Part shown: positions 31,246-45,539 of the stretch, piece by piece
How positions within the stretch are numbered: the first letter of the stretch is position 1
How the letters are laid out: the number at the start of each line of letters is the position of its first letter
Source: Candidatus Latescibacterota bacterium
GTDB taxonomy: Bacteria; Latescibacterota; UBA2968
NCBI GenBank assembly: GCA_965198115.1
Contig: OZ240241.1
Location: forward strand, 576,001-640,000
Direction: 5' to 3'
DNA: 64,000 bases
Position numbers and translations under genes: made by a program
Notes under the pieces: model-generated
The model's database searches: none
What the model was told of the DNA's origin: nothing
Seen by the model: the letters and a program-made list of their open reading frames with translations, nothing else

Positions 31246-33698
31246 TTACTCATCACGCAGAGCAAGGACAGGGTCGGTTTGCGTGGCGCGATAAGCATGG
31301 TAGATCACTGTAAGTTGGGCGATGATGAGGGCGATGGTCGTACTGACAGCAAACACCAGAGGTCCCAGGTCAGTGCGGTAGGCGAAGTTATCGAGCCACC
31401 CGCGCACAACGACCCACGCGACGGGTGTGGCGACAGCTGCAGCGATCAAGACCATCACGAGAAATTCGCGTGAGACGAGGGTCACAACAGTCCTATTGGT
31501 TGCGCCAAGCGTTTTGCGCACACCGATTTCCTGCCGGCGCTCTTCGGTCGCATAAGAGGCCAACCCGAACAGGCCCATGCACGCTAGCAGGATGGCCACA
31601 CCGGCGGCCAGGAGCGTCAGCGTCTGTATCCGACGTTCATCCCGATACATATTTTCGAACTGCTGATCCCAGAAGACATACCGGAAGCCTCGATTGGCCG
31701 GTGCGAAGCGTTCCCACGTTTCCTCAAGGAAGGATAAGGTTTCGACCATGTTCTCCGCCCGGACGCGAAGGGCAAGGTCGTAGAACTGAGTGTTTCGGAT
31801 GATCATGGCAATGGGGCCGATCCTGTTGTGAAGGGAGCCAGCGTGGAAGTCCCGAACGACACCGACGACCGGACCGACGCGCAGGCGAGATTTGTCCTCC
31901 CACTTGAAGGCCTTGCCCAGCGCAGCCTTCTTGCCTGTTCCGTTTGCATCCCAACCGAGTAGTTCGACGGCTGTTTCGTTCAGAATGAAAGCGTGTGAGG
32001 TATCCGCTGGAAACCGCGAGAGATCGAACTTTCGACCCGAAACGAGCTCGATCTTGAAAAAATCAAGGAAATCTTCGTCCACTTCCTGTACGGGCATGCG
32101 CCAGTCCGTGCCTTCGTGACCTTCCGGTTCGACACTCCGGACCATCCCACCACCCCATCCCATCCTCCATCGGTAGGCACTCGCCTCGATGACGTTGGGA
32201 TGGTTGAGGAAAGCTTCCTTCACCACCTTGTACCGGTCGGCGAGCTTGGGGGCGTCTTCTGCCAGTTGACTCTGGTCCGCACTGAAGATGGGGAGGGTGA
32301 CGAGCTGGCTGGGATCGTAGCCGAGGTCTTTAGACATCACATATTGCATCTGCTGATAAACGACACCCGTCCCGATGAGCAGGACGATCGATATGGCGAA
32401 CTGCGCAACAACGAGCGCCTTCCGTATCGTATGCCCCGCCGATCCCCCATGGAACGACCCCTTTAGTGTTTCGGAGGGCTGGAAGGACGACAGGAAGATG
32501 GCTGGATAGGCCCCCGCTACGACGCCCACGACGCCGGCAATGCCAAGCAGTGCCACAGCCAGACCGGGATCCTCGATGAGATCCAACGTGAGCTGTTCTT
32601 GGAAGAACGTGTTGAAGTCCGCGATTATAAGCTTCACGATGATGACGACAGAATGGATGCAAGAATGGTTGTGACGACGGACTCGCCCAGGAATTGTCCA
32701 ATCAACTGGCTGCGATGGGCACCCGTGACTTTCCGCAGCCCGACCTCTCCCGCTCTTTGAGCGGAACGAGCGGTTGCGAGGTTCGTGAAGTTGATACAGG
32801 CGATTGCCAGGACGATGGCCGCGATCGCTGCGAACTGGTAGACGCGGTTGATGTCGCTCCACCAGCCCACGTTGTAATCTCTACGAGAATAGAGGTAGAT
32901 GTCGCGGAACCCCTGAAGGTGGTAGTCGTTGTTCCTGGCAATCTCAGGACCCATGTAGCGTTCGATGAGGGTGGATATCTGGGCTCTGAGACGATCGAGA
33001 GCCGCCCCCTCTCGGATCAACAGGTAGATACGTACGGGTCGCCAGGAATTATTCCCTGACCATCCGTTCCATACCTCAATGGATCCTTTAATGTTGGGGC
33101 TGGTAATGACCGCATCGAAGCGAAGCGTCGTGTTCTGCGGGATGTCCTTCAGAACGCCCGTGATCATGAATTCGCCAGTTGTGTAGCGGTGCTTTATCGT
33201 CAAGGTTTTTCCGATAGGATCGTTGCCGCCGAAGAGTCGTTTCGCGATCGATTGGGTAATGGCGATCGAACTTGGATTTGGAAAAGCCGTTTGGACCGAT
33301 CCTGAAACGAACGGGTAATCGAATACTTTGAAAATCGTCGTATCGGCGATACACACGTCGAACCTGCTGGCCTTCCCTGCGTAGAGCACATCTGTCCAGA
33401 AGTCGAAGATCCGCACGGCCTCCTCGACTTCCGGGAAACTCTGCTCGATGGCGTTTGCCAGAGCACCTGAAGTACCCACGTGGAAAACGGATTCACCCCC
33501 GCTTCGCGTTTCCCTCAGCACGCGGTAGATACGATCGCTCCTCGAGTGCCACCGATCGACGCTGAACTCGCTCTGGATGTAGCGGACGATCAGAGTCGTC
33601 GTCGCCAGACCGATGGCGAAGCCGAAGACGTTGATGAGGGTGTAGCCCTTCTGGCGCATCATGTTGCGCCAGGCTATGGTGAGGTAGTTTCGGAGCAT
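31246..33698 (-). pseudogene. MacB/FtsX-type ABC transporter permease, frameshift near 32650
   Basis: MLRNYLTIAWRN, IACINFTNL...EVGLRK, LACMGLFGL...EIGVRKTLGA, DPVLALRDE over two frames. Confidence 0.88.
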
Positions 33699-33926
33699 CA
33701 GGCAGCAGGCAGATGAATCGATTGTTGGCTGTGGGTGGTCGGCTGAGGCAGTGGCTTCGCCCGTTGCCTTCTGACCTGGGTTAGCTTAATCTGACAATTT
33801 CGCGGAGGCGAGGGTTTCATTCGGGAATAGCTCACGATCCTCCGATCTGCCGGTTAGCGGGCCTACCTGAAGACTTTAGCCGAAAGAGCCATCCTTGCGG
33901 TGGTGCAACATGATGGTGTTACCGTC

Positions 33927-34621
33927 TGTCCGGCGTCAATCATTCTTTCCGGTCGTGTTGCCTCACGTAGTGTCGTGTTGCCTCACGTAGTAATGTTACC
34001 AGGTACAGAAGCTGCTGCATCAGACTCCGATTTGCTGGTGTCGGAGAGAGTGTACTGGGGCGCCCCGGGTTCCAGATTGGCCCCACCGAAGATAAGTTTC
34101 CGGGCCATCGTACGGCGCCAGTCCCGTACCCGACGCTGTAGAGTGCGGAGTTGGCCGGGGGTGTACGTAGAGGGGTACTCCTGCTGAAGCCGCTCGAGGA
34201 GGGATTTGGCCGTTGCGTCGGGCTCCTCGACTAACCACCCTTCCACCACGGGCCATACCGAGACGAAGGGATCCAGACGCGTACGCCAGTGACGGCCTGA
34301 GGCCGGGGGCAGTCGGTGTGTTGGCCGGGCTTCTCCCCCGCGCCACAGGGTGGGCAATTGTGATAGAAAGAGGGCAAGGTCGTCGTCGGTTGAGGACCCT
34401 TCAGTCGCTTCGTCCGGCGCAGAGAGCCGGGTTAGCGCGGACTGTGCTAAGCGGATCTCGTTAAGGAGCTGTAGGGGGTCCAACGAGGCCGAGAGTTCCT
34501 GAAGTCCTCGGATCTGGTCGTCCGCGATGTATTCGGATGCCAACAATCGCTGGCAAGGGGTGGCCGGCGGATAGTAGTGCTTGATCACCTTGGCGCCCTG
34601 TCGGCTCTTCTCCTTGAGCTT
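33927..34621 (-). mobile_element. ISNCY/IS21-like transposase 3' half with terminal repeats
   Basis: TPCQRLL, WRTRLDPF, LRTLQRRVRDWR; TGT end and tandem 20-bp repeats GTCGTGTTGCCTCACGTAGT at 33952 and 33972. Confidence 0.7.
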
Positions 34622-35037
34622 GAAGGCTGCACTCGAATCACTCAAGCCAGAACTGAAGCTGATGAATCAGTCTGCTGTGGCGAGCCTCGAGGAGGGCCTT
34701 GAAGAAACGCTGACCCTTCATCGACTGGGAATGCTCCCATTCCTGAAACGAAGCTTCCGAACCACCAACTGCATCGAGGCGCTCAACAGCATGACCGGCG
34801 ACCTCACCCGGAAGGTCAAGCGATGGAACAACTCTCCCCAGAGACACAGATGGGTCGCCGCTGCACTCCTCGATATCGAACCACGCCTGCAACGCGTGAA
34901 GGGATACAAACACCTCCCGCTACTTAGGCAAGCACTGATAAACGACCTGAATCTCGGCAACGAGCAGAATGATCGACAGAGAGCATGAACAATCAACGGA
35001 GCCCGATGAGTTTCAACTGACAATGGGACTTTGACCA
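34622..35037 (+). mobile_element. IS256 (type B) 3' fragment
   Basis: Highly similar to 30746-31158 including the right IR. Confidence 0.85.
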
Positions 35038-35398
35038 GTAGAGGTGGAATAATCAGTATCTCCTTAATCTTTGGATTCTGGCTCCCGCAAATGCTCATCG
35101 TCCCCCAGGGCCGCCAGCTGGTCATCGGGATCGGGGGCCGGGGAGTATCCCGCCATCCGACGGGCGAGCTCGTCTTCCCAGGACGCATAGACCGCGCCGG
35201 ACGGCCGACCGCTCGGCAACGTCAGCCGGGGGCCGCTCTTCTTCAGCCCATGCCCGAACACCGGACGCGAGCGCCGCGGCAAGTTGCAGCAGGAAATTAC
35301 GACCTTTTACTTTTTGAAACCTGGAGCGATCTTCAAGTATCGAGCCGCCGTGTAGAACCGGCAACGACCGACCATAGAAAAGCGGGACAAGGTAACCG

Positions 35399-35794
35399 AT
35401 GTCTGAAAACTTCGAAAAGGTGAAAGCCTATCTACAGAACCTCGAACTTCCGACGGAATCGGAAGACGAGACCGAGGAACTCGTCATCGTCAACGACGAC
35501 GAACGAGGTATTCACAACCTCATTATCGACTGCGAGGACCCGATTCTCATCCTCGAACAGGGTGTTTTGCCGCTCCCGTCTGATACGGGTAAGCTCTACG
35601 AGCGGCTTCTCGAAATCAACCGAACGCTCATTCACGGTGCGTTCGCCATCGACCTCGAAACCCGGATGGTTCTGTTCCGCGACACCCTCCGGCTCGAAAC
35701 ACTCGACCGGTCCGAGCTTGAGGGCTCGATCAACGCCCTGAGCCTCGCTATGGCCGAGAATGCCGAAGAACTCATCTCTTTCAGCCACAGCTAA
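35399..35794 (+). CDS. YbjN / type III chaperone-fold protein
   Basis: LIIDCEDPILILEQ, LLEINRTLIHGAF, LFRDTL; adjacent to pspA. Confidence 0.75.
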   Translation: MSENFEKVKAYLQNLELPTESEDETEELVIVNDDERGIHNLIIDCEDPILILEQGVLPLPSDTGKLYERLLEINRTLIHGAFAIDLETRMVLFRDTLRLETLDRSELEGSINALSLAMAENAEELISFSHS

Positions 35795-35820
35795 TTTCGC
35801 CCCCCAACAGGAGTATTCAA

Positions 35821-36522
35821 ATGAGCATTTTTCAGCGCGTCTTCAGACTCGGCAAGGCCGAGGTCCACTCGGCTATCGACAAGATCGAGGATCCGATCAG
35901 GATGACCGAGCAGGGTATTCGGGACCTCAAAAAAGATCTCAACACCGCCATGACGAGCCTGGCCGAGGTCAAGGGTCAGGCCATCCGTCTCAAGAAGCAG
36001 GCGGAAGACAACGCCAACGCAGCGGCAAACTACGAGAAAAAGGCCATGCTCCTGTTGCAGCGTGCCCAATCGGGCGACGTCGAACCGGCTGAAGCCGAGC
36101 GACTGGCCACGGAAGCCCTCACCCGCAAAGATGATACGGCTACCCGGGCGGCCCAGCTCGCCAAGGATGCGCAGCAGCAAGAAACGATGGCGAACAACCT
36201 GCAGACGCAGGTCGATCGTCTTAAATCGACAATCGCCAGCCACGAAAACGATCTCATCACGCTCCGTGCACGTGCCTGCACCGCCGCCGCTACCAAAAAG
36301 ATCAACAAACAGCTGGCCAAGGTCGACTCGTCAGGCACCCTAGCCATGCTCGAGCGAATGAAAGAGCGCGTCGACCAGGATGAGTCCCTCGCCGAAGCCT
36401 ACGGCGACATCGCTGGCCAAGCGACATCGACCGACGACGAAATCGACCGCGCCATCGCGAGCGGCGGCGGGTCCAGCGACGAGCGTCTGGCCGCCCTCAA
36501 GGCCAAAATGGGGGTCTCGTAG
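35821..36522 (+). CDS. pspA: PspA/IM30 family protein
   Basis: MSIFQRVF, IEDP, coiled coil, LAALKAKMG; RBS aggag. Confidence 0.9.
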   Translation: MSIFQRVFRLGKAEVHSAIDKIEDPIRMTEQGIRDLKKDLNTAMTSLAEVKGQAIRLKKQAEDNANAAANYEKKAMLLLQRAQSGDVEPAEAERLATEALTRKDDTATRAAQLAKDAQQQETMANNLQTQVDRLKSTIASHENDLITLRARACTAAATKKINKQLAKVDSSGTLAMLERMKERVDQDESLAEAYGDIAGQATSTDDEIDRAIASGGGSSDERLAALKAKMGVS

Positions 36523-36558
36523 GATCGAAGGAAAGTTATCAGAGCGCGGTACTAAAGC

Positions 36559-37450
36559 GACCTGTGGAACGGTTCGCAGTCGCAGCTGTCCCTGTTCCGT
36601 TCAGTGACGGGGGTCGACTTCCCGCTGCTGCAGAGAGCGGGAACGGGCGGAATCCCCTGGGGTCTGGGCGTTGAGAACATCGTCGTGGTCAACCAGGAAG
36701 GAACCATCCACGACATCTTCGACATCTCGGATCGTCGCCGGCTCAACGAGGCGGTCGACTTCCTGCTCACACCCGTGCCTGCGCCGGTATCCCGGCTTAA
36801 CCGATCCTCGCTCGACTTCGGCTCAACCGGAATCGTCGGAACCGACATCAGCATCATCCTCACGGTCGAAAACACCGGAGACGCGCTCCTCGAAGTCTCG
36901 AGCATCACGTCGGACCACTCCGACATACGGTTCGATCAGAGCACGTTTACGGTCAACCCCGGGAGCCGCGAAGACGTCACCGTCACCCTCTCCCCGGCGG
37001 ATGCAGGCTCGATCTCCGGTCGCGTCACGGTCACCACAAACGACCGCACCTGGACGCTACTCGTCGACCGGATCACCATCGAACGGCCGCATGCCGATGA
37101 TCGCCCTACCGGCATCTATGCTCGACTTCGGTACGATCGAGGTTGGACGCGCCGATTCCCGGGGGCTGGAGATTCGGAACGATGGACCGGGTCCGCTGAA
37201 CGTGACGGATGTGCGGACGGACATTCCGGGCATCACATTCTCCGCCCGTGTCTTCACCGTAGCTGCAGGTGAGGTTTCCACGATCACCATCCTCGTGGAC
37301 GCCCAAACCGAAGGCCTGATCAGCGGCATCGTCGAGATCATCAGCAACGACCCCGATATGATGAGCTCGACCGTCACGGTCTCCGCTACGGCAGAGATCG
37401 ACGTCGCAGATGCACGCGCAGACTTCGATGGCAGCGGCACGATCGATTTC
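36559..37450 (+). pseudogene. fragment of secreted protein: redoxin-like C-terminal part, two ASH/choice-of-anchor D Ig domains, EF-hand/dockerin start
   Basis: DLWNGS...TGVDFPLL; LDFG..ENTGDALLEV; LDFGTI..IRNDGPGPLNV; ADFDGSGTIDF; no start codon, frameshift near 37090. Confidence 0.65.
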
Positions 37451-37483
37451 CGGAACCCTCTGGTTGACCCCTCCGAGTAGCTC

Positions 37484-37840
37484 TCCCTTCCTTGGGGATG
37501 AGAAACTCAATTAAATTTGGACGATCTTTTTCTGCCGGGGCTCTGGGGCGGATTTGATGAAATCGTTCCGAATTAGGGGCCTATGGGATCTGAGTGGGTA
37601 GAGGATCAGCAAATCCAGTATCACTTCTCTGATCGGTAACTTGTTAGTTACCACATGACAAGATATTCTATCGAACCAACTCAGAATCCTGTCCAGCTCC
37701 TCACGATGGCCAATAACTGATCAAGTATGGGAAAACGGATTGTAAAGCCCGTAGGCGGACGATCGCAGAAAACCCGACTTCAAGTCCGATCAAAAAAGAT
37801 CGGCGATTTAAAATCGAGTTTCTCTACGTGTAGGAAGGGA
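37484..37840. mobile_element. putative MITE / non-autonomous element
   Basis: Imperfect terminal IRs TCCCTTCCT-N7-GAGAAACTCnATT; non-coding; partial copies at 29364-29522 and 55240-55262. Confidence 0.5.
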
Positions 37841-38299
37841 AGGCTATTCGGGAGGCTTCAAAGAAGGCCTCTCCCATCGAACTGGGAGGCGGTCGCCTAA
37901 CGCTCAGGAGACCACGTTCACGGCGTGGCTTTTTGCAGGACTCTCAGGACTTGACCGAGCGAGGAATCGTGTCGGCATTTCCATCACACCCGAGGAAATC
38001 GCTGGCACGCTCGAACTGTGGGGCGACTCGACAAAGCGGACGGCCATCTATCTCCGCTTTGGTAACAAGGGTTTGCTGCGCGTCAAGCTGTGGGGTCCGA
38101 CGGGAGGCACCCCGACAAGTCGCCCGGTACTGTCTCTCCGAAATTCTCCGAGCAGGAGCTGTTGTTCCTCGCTGATTGGGGTTCTCCTGTATAACTATAG
38201 TTTTCGGACATACCGTTATGGCATGCCCAAACCCCTGAAAACACAGCGAGTTTCACCCCCGATCCCAAGGGGGTTTTTGGACAGGGGGCAAAAGCGCTT

Positions 38300-38872
38300 C
38301 GGGTCGGGCTCTACCTCGCGTCTCCACCCACGACCAGAAGACACTGCCCCTGCAGCTCTCTGCGATGCGGGATGCAAAGAAGAGGAGTTGGGGCCGTCAA
38401 GGTTCAAGACGTGGGGTCTGGGGCCACGACACGCCCGCAGCGGGAGAAGCTCATCGAGGCGGCCCGACGGCGGGAGATCGATTGCGTCCTGGTCTGGCGA
38501 CTGGATCGCTGGGGGCGGTCGCTGGTGGACCTGGTGGTCGAACTCCGCAAACACGGCCAGCATCCCGGCGAGCGCTCTGCCGCTGGGGGTCGTCAGGTCG
38601 AGCGCTTCGCAAAGTGACACGAATCCCACGTCGAGTGCGTTCAGTTCCTGGAGCATGTTCCGCGAGATATTTTGCGGGACCGCGTGAAAGCGGGAATCGA
38701 CCAAGCAAGAAAGGATGGGAAACCGCATGGGCGGCCCATGACAGCAGGTAAGCTCGTGCCGGAAATGAAGCAGCTTCGCAAGGATGGGCTGAGTAAGCGG
38801 GAAATCGCCAAGCGCCTCGGCATCAGTCGCACCTCTGTTATCCGCTGGCTAGGCTCTCCGAAGTGCTCTTAG
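38300..38872 (+). pseudogene. serine resolvase/invertase, frameshifted and internally inverted
   Basis: RVST, VWRLDRWGRS and the C-terminal HTH are on +; the central segment LQEL..GFVSL.EALDLTTPSGR..MLAVFAEF is on - at about 38538-38661. Confidence 0.82.
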
Positions 38873-38925
38873 CGCCTTAACGTGCAATTTTTGACCAATG
38901 GAGGAGTGACCCCTATAATGTCTCC

Positions 38926-39300
38926 ATGACCAGCTTCCAGATGTCAGTGACGGTGCTCGCGGTGATGCACGCGGTCTTCGCCGGCTTCACGGCCCTGGTG
39001 GGTGCATTCGCGAACGGTGGAGACGTCTGGCAACGGCTGCTAGTGGTTCTCCTGCATCCGCTTGGCGCCGCGGGCGTGCTAGTGCTCGTGTTGCGGCCCC
39101 GCCTCGCCACGACGACGATCCTTGCCCTAGCGGCACTCCTGACAGTGAACGTGATCGCCGACCTAGGTCTTGCGCAGCTGATGGCTGCGGGCCGCGTGCG
39201 GGGTGATTGGGAACTGGCGCTGGCCTTCTCGGTGGTTCCGGTCATCGGAGTGGTCTACGCGCTGGCGCTGCTGCGCACGGCCCGCGGAACGGTCGGGTAA
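38926..39300 (+). CDS. hypothetical membrane protein (about 4 TM)
   Basis: Hydrophobic 124-aa ORF with GC-rich third positions. Confidence 0.6.
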   Translation: MTSFQMSVTVLAVMHAVFAGFTALVGAFANGGDVWQRLLVVLLHPLGAAGVLVLVLRPRLATTTILALAALLTVNVIADLGLAQLMAAGRVRGDWELALAFSVVPVIGVVYALALLRTARGTVG

Positions 39301-39484
39301 GGCGCAGTCCGGAAGTGGCAGTCTCAACCGGTTGATGTCGGCGGCGCCGGGACAATGACGGTGCGCAACCGTTCCTTTGTGCAACTCTGCCAGCGTTCGC
39401 TTGATGATGTAGGGTTCCCATCGATCGGCTAGTCACGACGCGTCCACGTTTCGAATCCCTGCAGGCCGGTGACGCACTTTTCCA

Positions 39485-39745
39485 GTGGTGCACGTCCAGA
39501 GCGGCCGGAGCATACCGCCACCTGCCTCCCGGCGTTTCCTCCACCCTACGGAACCAACCGAAGAACAGAAAGAGGTCACCGCAACGGATGCCCTGGTTCT
39601 GAAGCTCGGTCTGCGCGCCGTCGACCTGCCCGAATGTCGGTCGCCAGTCGGGCAGCCGCTGAAGTGCGTCGGCGCGGATGTCCGGATCGAGATGACACTT
39701 GTCGTCTCCTCGAATGTCCTTGTTGGTCAGGCACTCCACAATCGG
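39485..39745 (-). pseudogene. Nmad3-like (nucleotide modification associated domain 3) fragment
   Basis: HLDPD, WRPTFGQ, GDLFLFFGWFR. Confidence 0.6.
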
Positions 39746-39752
39746 TGCAAGT

Positions 39753-39962
39753 GAGCTGTCCCGCCAACGACACGAGGATGCAGCAGCGAAGGTACGAGGA
39801 AAATTCTTGGGCGAGCTTTGCGGTGCCGATAAGGACACGCACTTCTTCGTGGGAACGATTCTCGCGCACCCCACTAGCTGGGTCGTGATCGGGGTCTTCT
39901 ACCCGAAGAAGGAGCCACCGAGCCTTTTCGACGCCGGCCAAGTCCTCGAACAGGACATCTGA
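39753..39962 (+). pseudogene. C-terminal fragment of a conserved hypothetical protein
   Basis: LCGADKDTHFFVGT...WVVIGVFYP without a credible start. Confidence 0.4.
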
Positions 39963-40033
39963 TGGGGTTCAACCGCGTTCTTGAGATACGCAAACTCGCA
40001 GCGCCTCGACAGACACGCGGAGAGATTTCGTCC

Positions 40034-40345
40034 ATGACGCCTGATCAAATCACAGCGCTGGTCGCGACAGGCGAGTCCGAGAGGCTGGAGTTCAAAAGCA
40101 CGACAGGGACCCGTCGTGAGGCGGCCAGCACCATGTGCGCCATGCTCAACCAGCGCGGTGGGCATGTATTGTTCGGCGTAACGCCGGAAGGCGACTTGGT
40201 CGGGCAGCAGGTGAGCGAGCGGACAATTGAGGAGGTCAGCGCCGAGATCCAAAGGATCGACCCACCGGCCTTTCCGGAGATCGAGCGGGTCCAAGTAGCG
40301 GGAGACCGGGAGGTGATTGCGGTTCGGGTGAACCAGGGCTCCGGT
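40034..40345 (+). pseudogene. Schlafen/AlbA_2 domain protein, truncated
   Basis: GESERLEFKS, CAMLN..GGHVLFGV; similarity ends after VIAVRV. Confidence 0.75.
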
Positions 40346-40353
40346 GCGTATAA

Positions 40354-42717
<2,364 letters not shown>

Positions 42718-42867
42718 GCTCGGCGAGGTGCTCGTAACGGTCGTCTCCTGTTGCGTCCACCAAGCCGAGGTAACTGCAGACCGCAAAGGCATCAGTCCAC
42801 AGATACCGCTACGGATAGGAAGAATACACGGGGTCTTCTCCTTCTGAGGCAAGGGTATCTGGGTAAG

Positions 42868-43023
42868 ATGCTTCGTTGCGAAGAAACCTGGGAAGACGAC
42901 GAGGCCATCGACGACGAGCTGACCGCCTCCAACCCGCTCATCATCCAGCGGAACCAGGTCTCCACCACGATCATGTTCGAATACCCTACGAAGGAAGAGC
43001 GCGAGTCGGAGCTGCCGAAGCTC
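42868..43023 (+). pseudogene. DUF3501-like fragment
   Basis: MLR.E...EAIDDEL...NPLI...TIMFEYP..ER..EL.KL. Confidence 0.45.
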
Positions 43024-43024
43024 T

Positions 43025-43236
43025 TCCTGCCGACGAGCTGTCTACCATCTTCGATGAATACCGTCAGGCTGAAGGGTCGGAGAGCAGCGTGCAGAAGGGG
43101 ACCGGACTGGGGCTGTCCATTGCCAAGAAGTTCGCAGAGCTGCTGGGCGGGACCATCGGCGCGGAGAGCGAAGGTTGGCAAGGGCAGCACGTTTACCGTG
43201 CGGGTGCCTACCACTTACCAGCCATCCAAAGCCTGA
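43025..43236 (+). pseudogene. histidine kinase HATPase C-terminal fragment
   Basis: IFDEYRQ..QKGTGLGLSIAKKFAELLGG..GKGSTFTVRVP. Confidence 0.75.
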
Positions 43237-43262
43237 ATTCGAAATTACTGTCGTGAAAGACC

Positions 43263-43291
43263 AGCCCCAATTCTCTCACAGAGTTGGGGCT
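43263..43291. terminator. hairpin, probable terminator
   Basis: AGCCCCAATTCT-CTCAC-AGAGTTGGGGCT. Confidence 0.5.
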
Positions 43292-43400
43292 ATTCAGTCT
43301 CCGCCTAATCCCCTCCATCAGCCACGCTTGCCCGCCGTTCATTGCCCTTTCTGAATACTATGGCAGCGATTTGACCGCCTCTATAATCAGCGGTCGTGTC

Positions 43401-44470
43401 GGTGTTGTGCCTATCGTAGTTGAAACTTAGAGGGCTCCAAACTTACGTTGGGTAGACGTGTAGGAGCGTATACCCGTAAGAAAGGAGCCCAGATGGAGAA
43501 GCTATTTGTAGGCGATGGTGAAGTCAAGGTTGAGGGCGATGTCATCGATTTGGAGACGCGTTTGTCGGTGATCCAGGCGTTGATCCCGTTGGGTCTGGAG
43601 GCAGTGGCAGACCTCCTCCAGCAGGAGGTCGAGCAGCTCGCAGGCGTTCGGTATGCGCGCAAAGGTTCGGAGCAGGCGCATCGTCGGTGGGGAAGCCAGA
43701 AGGGATCCGTGTATCTGATGGACCAGAAGCTCCCGTTAGACGTTCCCCGGGTGCGCGACGTCGAGGCCGACGCAGAGGTTTCCCTGGCTGCATACCGGGC
43801 TCTACAGACGCCCAAGAAGACGGACGAGGGGCTGTTGCTTCGTGTTCTCAAGGGGATCTCGTGCCGCAACTACAAGGCCTGTGCCGAATCGGTTCCAGAA
43901 GCGTTTGGTATCTCAGCGTCCTCCGTCTCGCGGCGGTTCATCAAAGCCACCGCGAAGAAGCGGAAGCAGTTCCAGGAGCGTCCCCTCGACGACTACGGCT
44001 TCGTGACCCTGTTCATTGACGGAAAGAGCTTTGCCGACGAAGAGATCGTGATCGCTCTGGGGGTCACGATGGACGGCCAGAAGATCCCCCTGGGCTTCGT
44101 CGAATCGGCGACGGAGAACGAACGGATCTGCCGCCAGCTGATCCAAGACCTCATCCGGAGAGGCCTGTGCTACGACCAGGGCCTTCTCGTTGTGCTTGAC
44201 GGCTCAAAGGGACTCCGCAGTGCTGTCACCAAAGCCCTCAAAGGGTATGTGCGCGTGCATCGCTGTCAGTGGCACAAGCGCGAGAATGTCGTCAGCTATC
44301 TCCCGGAGAGGGAACGTCCAAGAGTTCGACGGAAGCTCCAGAAAGCCTATGACTGCGACACCTACGAGGAGGCAAAGGCCGCACTCGAATCACTTAAACC
44401 CGAACTGAAGCTGATGAATCAGTCTGCCGTAACGAGCCTCGAGGAAGGCCTGGAGGAAACCCTGACCCTC
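43401..44470 (+). mobile_element. IS256 (type B variant), 3'-truncated by IS3
   Basis: Left IR plus transposase from ATG 43493, similar to 29866-31113, ending at EETLTL where the IS3 IR starts. Confidence 0.88.
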
Positions 44471-45539
44471 TGACCTGCCCCCATCTATGTGTCCACATCC
44501 AGAGTTAGGATATGGCTGCGGTGAGCGGTTTGGTGACCGCTTCAGGTGCAGGTGGGCGATAGCCCAATGAGCTGTGTGGTCTGATGTGATTGTACTGCCA
44601 GCGCCACCACTTGGTCAACACCCTGGTCTCCTCCAAGGTCGTGAAGATCTCACCGTTGAGTAGCTCGTCTCTGAGCTTCCCGTTGAAGCTCTCGATGTAT
44701 CCGTTCTCCCACGGGCTGCCCGGCTCGATGAACAAAGTTCCGACCTCCAACCTCGAGAGCCAGTCCCGAACCGCTTTGGCTACAAACTCCGGCCCGTTAT
44801 CCGATCTGATGTGTTTCGGGACACCATACCTCAGCATCAGCTTCGCCAACGTCCGCAGAACGTCCCGTGATGTTTGCTTGCGAGCGACCTCGATGGTCAG
44901 GCACTCACGCGTGTATTCATCCACGACTGTCAGGAACTTCAACGGCCTCCCTTCACGTGTGCGATCGAACACGAAGTCGTAGGCCCAGACGTGGTTACGA
45001 TGCTCGGGTCTGAGTCTGATGCAGGAGCCGTCGTTGAGCCAAAGTCGACCCCGCTTCGGCTGCCTGGCGGGCACCTTCAGCCCCTCCTGACGCCAGATCC
45101 GCTCCACCCGCTTGTGGTTCACCCGCCAGCCATCGGTCCTAAGAAGAGCCGTGATTCGACGGTAGCCATAACGTCCATATTCGCTGGCCAGAGAGACGAT
45201 GTTCGCGGTCAGGACGGTCTCGCCGTCCGCCACCTTGAGCGTGTATCGCTGGGTACGGCGCACCTGACCCAGCACACGGCACGCCCGACGCTCCGAGACA
45301 GCCAGGGCCTCACGCACGTGCCCGACCGCCTTCCTTCGCCGCGTCGGGCTCAGAAGTTTCCCCGGGACACCTCCTTGAGAATCGAGATATCCAGGGCCTG
45401 GTCGGCCACAAGACGTTTCAGACGCCCGTTCTCTTGCTCCAGCTCCTTCAGCCGGCGGACCTGGTCGACCTCCATACCGCCGTATTCCTTGCGCCACCGG
45501 TAATAGGTCTGTTCGCTGACGCCAAGCTCACGCGAGACC
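44471..45539 (-). mobile_element. IS3 family element, 5'-truncated (orfB intact, 44505 onward)
   Basis: Right IR TGACCTGCCCCC; near-identical to 6120-7057; YNHIRPHSSLGY. Confidence 0.9.

Noticed and set aside
33952-33991. Tandem 20-bp repeats as a CRISPR array
   Set aside because: No spacers, two units only, at a transposase end; no cas genes or arrays seen in the window
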